The notes beneath the pieces were generated by a model. The model had not been told where the DNA came from. It ran no database searches and was given only the letters and a program-made list of their open reading frames with translations. Positions 57,990-64,000 of a stretch of 64,000 nt of DNA are shown in pieces; the first letter of the stretch is position 1; each line of letters starts with the position of its first letter. The translations under genes were made by a program, and so were the position numbers. Source of the stretch: Chthoniobacterales bacterium (GTDB taxonomy: Bacteria; Verrucomicrobiota; Verrucomicrobiia; Chthoniobacterales; Chthoniobacteraceae); assembly GCA_038207335.1 (NCBI GenBank), contig JBBQZX010000022.1, positions 1 to 64,000 on the forward strand. Direction: 5' to 3'.

Positions 57990-60662
57990 ATGGCTCCCGC
58001 GCTTCCCCCATCTTTGCAGAATAAACTGAGTGTTGCTTTCGCCGCCATGGCGGCGCTGATGCCGGTCTGGAGTGCGACCGGCGCGGACACCGTGGCGGCG
58101 CCGGTCTATAACGTGCGGCTGCTCACGGACAGCACGCCGGACCTCACGGATGTGCCGAGCTATTTGCGTTCGATTACTTCGCAATACCAGACGCCGCAGG
58201 AGCAGGCCATCGCGGTCTGGCGCTGGTCGCAGAGGATGCGGAAGCAGGCGTCGAACCCGGTGGAGAATGGCCACGAAGTGATGGACCTGATCACGCTTTT
58301 CAACAGCTTCGGCTACTGCAACTGCGGCATCGTTTCCGGCCTGAACAACACCATGTGGCTGAACATGGGGTGGAAGGCGCATTACGTGCAGCTCGGCGAT
58401 CACACGGTTTGCGAGACTTCGTGGGACGAGGGGAAGACGTGGCACATGTTCGATGCGTCGATGAGCTTCTATTGCTTCAACGATGCAGGGCAGGTGGCCT
58501 CGGTGACGGAGATCGAAAAGAATCCGCGCTTCTATTTGGAAAACTTCGCGCCGGAGTGCGGGACGAATCCGGTGAAGGGCATCGACGATCAGCAAGGCTG
58601 GCGGCAGGCATCGGACCGGCCCGTGCGTTATCAGCGCACGCTGGCGAATGGCTGGGATTCTTTCAAAGCGCCGAACAGCATCACGGGCGGAAATCTCTAC
58701 GCGCAATGGGGACAGCGCTTCGTGCTGAACCTGCGGCCCGGCGAGTATTACACGCGCAACTTCGGGCACATCGAGGCGGGGAAGGCGCCCACCTTTCGCC
58801 CGCTCAAAGACGGCAAGGACGTGGAGAATCAGCACGACCAGCAGGGCATCCGCGCGAACGGGATCTGGCACTATGCGCCAGACCTGCGCGGGCCTGGCGC
58901 GGCGGTGCTGGTGTATGACGCGAACGGCGTGAAATGGGGCGATCCGCGCAAAGGCTTCGCGGTGCGTGCAGCGGGCGAAGAGCCGGGCACGGTGGTCTTC
59001 CGCGTGGCGGCGGCAAATGTCGTGGCGTCGGCAAAGCTCGCGCTCACGGCGAGTCGCGAGACGGAGGAGGATGCGGTGTCAATCGAGGTCTCCACGACGG
59101 CGGGGATCACGTATGCGCCGGCTTGGAAAAGCGAAGCAACCGGCGTCGCCATGCCAGCCGAGATCGATCTCACACCACTTGTCGCGGGCGCTTCGGAGTA
59201 TCTCGTGAAGGTGCAGCTTTCCGGCAAGGGCGCGGGGCTGGAATCGGTCGCGATCGACACGCTCACGCAGATCAATCGCGCCTCGCTGCCGCGCCTGTCG
59301 CGCGGGCCGAACCGCGTGCAACTCACGCTCGGGCCGCAGGTCGAGACGGTGCAGTTTTCGCCATCCATCGTGGAGGGCAATCACAGCAAGACCGTCGCCG
59401 AGGAGCGCGCGCTCGATGTCGAAAAGGAGACCGGCTACTACAAGCCCACGCTGCGCCCGGCTGAGAACGGCACGCCCGGTTTTGCGACTTGGAAAATCAC
59501 GACGCCTGCGCCGATCACGGGTGTCATTTACGGCGGCACCATTTGCGTGAAATCGCCGAACGACCGCGTGACACTGCTTCACTCGTGGGACGGAAAATCC
59601 TTCACCGCCGACTACGAAAAGACGACCGGCGACGAGCCTTTCGACCTCATGATCAATCGTCAGGTCGCGAGCGTCCCACCCGACACGCGCACGGCATTTC
59701 TCCGCTACGAATTCGCCACCAAGGATCATCAGAAAAGCTACAGCGGCCCTGGCATTCAGATGGCGCGCATGACCGTCGAGCACGCCCCGCGCGTCTCGGG
59801 ATTCACGCCGATCGAGGTCACCTATTGCTGGATCGAGCATCGCGCCGATGGCAACGTGGAGCGGCAGTTCACCGAGCTGGTGAAATCGCCCGCGCACGAA
59901 TTCACCATCAACGTCGGCGGCTTCCGCGATCCCACGATGAAATGGGTGCGGCTGAATCTCCAAGGCTCTCTGCCTGCCGACACGAAGACCATTTACGGTT
60001 ACTCCGACGGCATCGCCAAAGCCGACGCCACGCTGCCGCAGCGCGCGCTTTACCACTGGGGTGCGAACGTCGCCAAAGGCCGCAGCTACACTCTCACCGG
60101 ACCGCAGAGCGACAAGAACCGCGACGCCGGAAACGACCTCACCGACGGCATCATCGCGCCGCCGGACGAAGATGTTTCCGAGAAATTCATGCCGACCAAC
60201 GTCATGTTCGAAAAAGACGCCACCGCCGCAGCCACGCTGGATCTCGGCAGCGCGCAGAGCATCGCCGCCGTCCGCGTCCACGCCGGGCAGGAGCCGGGAT
60301 TTCACCTCGCCTTTCCCGCCACGATTACGGTCGAAGCCTCGCTCGACGGCACCACCTTCACACAGGTCGGCAGCGCCACGCACAACCAAGTCTTCGACCC
60401 GCCCGCCGACTTCCAGCCGTGGGAAAATGACGACTCCCCGCAGTATGCCGCGCTGCCCGCCGGCGGACGCCTCGCCTACGCTTACCGCGTCATTTTCGAC
60501 AAGCCCGCGAACGCCCGCTACCTCCGCATCACCTGCGCCGCGCAACCCGGCTGGGGCCTGCTCCTCTCGGAAATTCAGGCTTTCGACAAAGTGACCGTGG
60601 ACACCCACGTCCCGCCTCTCGTCGTCCTGCCGCCCCTGCCCAAACAGTCGCGAAATCCGTGA
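57990..60662 (+). CDS. Large secreted protein: transglutaminase-like N-terminus and discoidin (F5/8C)-like C-terminus
   Basis: GYCNCG...DHTVCE...WHMFD (putative Cys-His-Asp); NVAKG, LTDG, LDLG, SLDG, ARYLRI, SEIQ. Confidence 0.65.
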   Translation: MAPALPPSLQNKLSVAFAAMAALMPVWSATGADTVAAPVYNVRLLTDSTPDLTDVPSYLRSITSQYQTPQEQAIAVWRWSQRMRKQASNPVENGHEVMDLITLFNSFGYCNCGIVSGLNNTMWLNMGWKAHYVQLGDHTVCETSWDEGKTWHMFDASMSFYCFNDAGQVASVTEIEKNPRFYLENFAPECGTNPVKGIDDQQGWRQASDRPVRYQRTLANGWDSFKAPNSITGGNLYAQWGQRFVLNLRPGEYYTRNFGHIEAGKAPTFRPLKDGKDVENQHDQQGIRANGIWHYAPDLRGPGAAVLVYDANGVKWGDPRKGFAVRAAGEEPGTVVFRVAAANVVASAKLALTASRETEEDAVSIEVSTTAGITYAPAWKSEATGVAMPAEIDLTPLVAGASEYLVKVQLSGKGAGLESVAIDTLTQINRASLPRLSRGPNRVQLTLGPQVETVQFSPSIVEGNHSKTVAEERALDVEKETGYYKPTLRPAENGTPGFATWKITTPAPITGVIYGGTICVKSPNDRVTLLHSWDGKSFTADYEKTTGDEPFDLMINRQVASVPPDTRTAFLRYEFATKDHQKSYSGPGIQMARMTVEHAPRVSGFTPIEVTYCWIEHRADGNVERQFTELVKSPAHEFTINVGGFRDPTMKWVRLNLQGSLPADTKTIYGYSDGIAKADATLPQRALYHWGANVAKGRSYTLTGPQSDKNRDAGNDLTDGIIAPPDEDVSEKFMPTNVMFEKDATAAATLDLGSAQSIAAVRVHAGQEPGFHLAFPATITVEASLDGTTFTQVGSATHNQVFDPPADFQPWENDDSPQYAALPAGGRLAYAYRVIFDKPANARYLRITCAAQPGWGLLLSEIQAFDKVTVDTHVPPLVVLPPLPKQSRNP

Positions 60663-61846
60663 ACACTGAAGCACCCGCGCCGCCCGCGCGCCTCACTTCG
60701 CTCGATGCGTTTCGGGGCGCGATCATGCTGCTCATGGCGTCGGGCGGGCTCGGGTTGACGGAAATCGCGAGGCACTTCCCCGACAGCGCGGTGTGGCGCG
60801 CCGTTGGTTTCCACTGCGACCACGTCGAGTGGAGCGGCTGCGCGCTGTGGGACCTCATCCAGCCGGCGTTCATGTTCATGGTCGGCATCGCGCTGCCGTG
60901 GTCCGTCGCAAATCGCCAGGCGCGCGGCGAGACGTTCGCGCGAATGCTGGCCCACGCGGTGTGGCGCGCGGTGCTCCTCGTTCTTCTCGCCGTCTTCCTC
61001 ACCTCCGCGTGGAGCAGGCAGACCGATTGGATCTTCCCAAATGTCCTCGCGCAAATCGGCCTCGGCTATCCGTTCCTCTTCCTGCTCGCCTTCACCGGCC
61101 CGCGCACGCCGTGGCTCGCGGCGTTCGGATTGCTCGCAGCCTACTGGCTCGCGTTCGCGCTGCATCCGCTGCCGCCGGCAGACTTCGACTGGAAATCCGT
61201 CGGCGTCCCCGCGGACTGGCCGCACCTCACCGGCTTCGCTGCACATTGGGAAAAGAACGCCAACTTTGCCTCCGCGTTCGATGGCTGGTTCCTGAACCTC
61301 TTCCCCCGCAGCAAGCCATTCGTCTTCAACTCCGGCGGTTACCAGACGCTGAATTTCATCCCCTCACTCGCCACGATGATCTTCGACCTCATCGCTGGCC
61401 GGCTACTACGCAGCGATGTCCCCATGCGCGAAAAGCTCACGCGCCTCGTCGTCGCCGGCCTCGTGGGGCTCGCGCTCGGCGCGCTCATCGCGTGGGCCGG
61501 ACTCTGCCCCATCGTGAAGCGCATCTGGACGCCGAGCTGGGTGATCTTCAGCGCTGGGTGGGTCACGCTCATGCTCGCCGCATTCGTCGCCGTGATCGAC
61601 TGGCGCGGCTGGAAACGCTGGGCCTTTCCGCTGGTCGTCGTGGGCCTGAATCCAATCACGCTCTACTGCCTCTGGCAGCTCAGCAGCAGCTTCATCCGCC
61701 AGCAAATCCGCACGCATTTCGGCCAGGAAATATTCGCTGCATTCGGCGAGACATGGGCGCCGATGCTGGAACGCGGCTCGGTGCTCCTCATCCTTTGGCT
61801 CATCGTCTGGTGGATGGCTCGCCGCAGGATTTTCCTGCGAATCTAA
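60659..61846 (+). CDS. HGSNAT/NagX-like membrane acyltransferase (DUF5009-like)
   Basis: RLTSLDAFRG, H.EW.G...WDLIQPAFMF.VG, VLAQIG, PIVKRIWTPS, GLNPI. Confidence 0.85.
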   Translation: MNTEAPAPPARLTSLDAFRGAIMLLMASGGLGLTEIARHFPDSAVWRAVGFHCDHVEWSGCALWDLIQPAFMFMVGIALPWSVANRQARGETFARMLAHAVWRAVLLVLLAVFLTSAWSRQTDWIFPNVLAQIGLGYPFLFLLAFTGPRTPWLAAFGLLAAYWLAFALHPLPPADFDWKSVGVPADWPHLTGFAAHWEKNANFASAFDGWFLNLFPRSKPFVFNSGGYQTLNFIPSLATMIFDLIAGRLLRSDVPMREKLTRLVVAGLVGLALGALIAWAGLCPIVKRIWTPSWVIFSAGWVTLMLAAFVAVIDWRGWKRWAFPLVVVGLNPITLYCLWQLSSSFIRQQIRTHFGQEIFAAFGETWAPMLERGSVLLILWLIVWWMARRRIFLRI

Positions 61847-61891
61847 AAGCTGCTGGATCGACCCACCCTCGCCCACCAGCAAGAGTATCCA

Positions 61892-64000
61892 ATGAAACGA
61901 ACCACGGCATTTCTGATCGCCGCGTGCGGATTGGCGTCCATTAGTCAGGCGACCGATTTGTCGCGCAATAGCAGCTTTGAGGAGGCAAAGGGCTCCGGCA
62001 ACGCGCCCTTTGCCGATTGGGCGTTCTACGGCGGTTTTGAGCATGGCGACTACTCCATTGAGATCTCCGACGACGCCCACACGGGCCGGCACTCCTGTCA
62101 AATTACGTGTCGCAAGAAAGGACGCGCCGGCATCGCCGGCACGCAGATGTCACTCGCCGCCGGCACCGTGATCGATGTGTCCTGCTGGATCAAAGCCAGC
62201 GACGCCAGCAGCGGGCGGATATTTTTGAATTTGGAGGGCAGCCCAGGCGATGGCTGGGCCAGCAAAGACCTGAAGACCGGCACTTACGATTGGACGCGCT
62301 TCACCCAACGCGCCGTCGTCCCGGCCAGCAAGGATGGCGCTCCGCAAACGATCAGCGTCCACCTCTATACCTCCTGCGAAGGCTCGATCTGGGTGGATGA
62401 CTTTTCCATCCAGACTCTCGATGCGAAAGACTTGGCGGCAGCACCTGCTGTTAAAAAGTTACCCGCGCAAATCGACGAGCCAGCCAATTCACCGGGGTAT
62501 CGGGTGAATGTCGTGTCGCCGCTGGAGAAGATCTTTCGCGAAGATGATTTTCTCGCCCAAACACAATCCATCGTGACTGTGGCTGCGGCCCGAAATGAAT
62601 ATGAATCGGTGCAGTTGGTGATCGAGGCGCCCTGGCGATCGGTGAAGATCGAACAGGTCCAGGTTTCTGAGATGAAGGGGCCGGACGGCGTTACGATTCC
62701 CGCCAGTGCGGCGAGATGGGATCGGGTGGGTTATATCGAAACGACCGTAACTCCGCCTTACTTCGCCGAGCGCGGCTTGGGAAGCTATCCCGATCCCCTG
62801 ATGCCGGCAGGTCCGTTCGCCATCGAGAAGCTCTCTCGCGCCCCCATCTGGATTACCTTCAAGACTCCGAAGGAATGTCCGGCTGGCAATTACACGGGCT
62901 CGATCACCATCACCCCCGAAGATCAAAAGCCAACGACTATTCCCGTCTTGTTGAAAGTGTGGGACTTTGCACTGAGTGATCAAACTCACCTGCGAACGCT
63001 AACGTGGCTGGGAAGCGGCAAACTTCGCGAATGGTATGGGTTCGATGGCTCGCCGGAGGATGAGCGAATGCAGAAGGACGCGCTTCGGAACTATCAAGAC
63101 TGCTTGCTGGAACATCGTCTAGGTCCCGGCGGCGAAGTGGCCGACCGCGTGGAACCCGGCCAAGATGGGAAGTTCGATTTTCGGGAGGTGGACGACACCT
63201 TGCAGCGGTTGATCGGCAAGGGCATGAACGCATTCATCATGGGCACCGCCCCAAATCTCGCGCGCGAAAAGAAGACTGAATACACTCCCGAATTCACGCG
63301 CAAGTTCACCGCGATGCTCAAAGCCTACGGTGACCACTTGCGCGAAAAAGACTGGCTGAACATGGCGTATGTTTATGTCTATGACGAAGCTCCAAAGTCG
63401 GCATGGCCGGAGGTTCGCAAGATCGCGCAGGCCATTCACGCTGCCGCCCCGCAGGCCCGCATCCTGCAATGCCTCAACGAACCGGAAGGCGTGCGTGAGT
63501 TGACAGGCTTTGCCGATGTCTTCGATGTCTATGTGCCTCACTATCACCGGGCGGGGGTCGCCCAATCGCAGGCCAAAGGAGCGGAGGTCTGGCTGGCCAT
63601 CTGCTGCTATCCCATGGAGCACCCTAACTTCTTCATCGAATACTCGCTGCTGGATATTCGCGTGAACCCATGGATCTGCTGGAAGTATCGAGCCACCGGG
63701 TTTGAATACTGGTCCCCAAACTCGTGGGGAGCCAACGCGCAGAGAAAAGGAGACAAGTGGCCGAACTCGCCCTGGGTGGCCAATGCCTTCGGGAAGTATA
63801 ACGGCGACGGCTACCTCTTGTATCCGGGAGCGGAGGGAAAACCTTATAGCTCCATTCGTCTGGAGGCGTTGCGAGACGGCTTGGAGGACTACGAGTACCT
63901 TTGGATGCTTAACGATCTCCTCCAGCAAGCCGTGCAGCGGAAAATTGCCGGCCCCGCCGTGGATGCCGCGCGAGAGCTTCTCTCGCTCGATGGTCTCATC
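61892..64000 (+). CDS. CBM4/9-like plus DUF4091 (GH123-like) glycoside hydrolase, 3' end outside the window
   Basis: Absent from the ORF track because it has no stop in the window. Signal peptide MKRTTAFL, NSSFEE..WVDDF, AARNEYES.Q, YVYDE, NGDGYLLYPG, SIRLEALRDGLEDYEYL (last motif checked in frame with the ATG). Confidence 0.82.
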   Translation, partial: MKRTTAFLIAACGLASISQATDLSRNSSFEEAKGSGNAPFADWAFYGGFEHGDYSIEISDDAHTGRHSCQITCRKKGRAGIAGTQMSLAAGTVIDVSCWIKASDASSGRIFLNLEGSPGDGWASKDLKTGTYDWTRFTQRAVVPASKDGAPQTISVHLYTSCEGSIWVDDFSIQTLDAKDLAAAPAVKKLPAQIDEPANSPGYRVNVVSPLEKIFREDDFLAQTQSIVTVAAARNEYESVQLVIEAPWRSVKIEQVQVSEMKGPDGVTIPASAARWDRVGYIETTVTPPYFAERGLGSYPDPLMPAGPFAIEKLSRAPIWITFKTPKECPAGNYTGSITITPEDQKPTTIPVLLKVWDFALSDQTHLRTLTWLGSGKLREWYGFDGSPEDERMQKDALRNYQDCLLEHRLGPGGEVADRVEPGQDGKFDFREVDDTLQRLIGKGMNAFIMGTAPNLAREKKTEYTPEFTRKFTAMLKAYGDHLREKDWLNMAYVYVYDEAPKSAWPEVRKIAQAIHAAAPQARILQCLNEPEGVRELTGFADVFDVYVPHYHRAGVAQSQAKGAEVWLAICCYPMEHPNFFIEYSLLDIRVNPWICWKYRATGFEYWSPNSWGANAQRKGDKWPNSPWVANAFGKYNGDGYLLYPGAEGKPYSSIRLEALRDGLEDYEYLWMLNDLLQQAVQRKIAGPAVDAARELLSLDGLI

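Overview
GC-rich bacterial chromosome segment. It is probably from a PVC-superphylum organism (Verrucomicrobiota-like), inferred from the sulfatase expansion, the PVC-type heme protein and the intergenic repeat style; this is not verified. The left half (about 0.9-33 kb) is mostly housekeeping and signalling. It holds two Gfo/Idh/MocA oxidoreductases, nagB/nagA, citrate synthase, and sucD/sucC split by a nucleotidyltransferase, a small ORF and a VOC gene. It also holds a kinase-pseudokinase-Sel1 / FHA-cyclase / FHA-ABC exporter / OmpA-domain cluster, a PAS histidine kinase with a receiver protein, lipA, a GT2, miaA, argG, an RluA-family gene, a GntP permease, the preQ1 operon (queF-queC-queE-queD-folE2) and an ABC exporter/acyltransferase/glycosyltransferase trio. 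The right half (about 33.6-64 kb) is an accessory glycan-degradation region. It has seven intact Cys-type sulfatases plus one decayed copy, DUF1080, an SGNH-like protein, DUF1593, a TIM-barrel hydrolase-like protein, a heme c protein, SulP, a transglutaminase-like/discoidin protein, an HGSNAT-like acyltransferase and a DUF4091/GH123-like gene that runs off the window. A minus-strand islet at about 41.6-44.1 kb interrupts it and carries a 21-bp tandem array, a REP-like element and decayed genes. I recognised no rRNA, tRNA, CRISPR array or intact transposase. All family assignments come from motif recognition by eye, not database searches.
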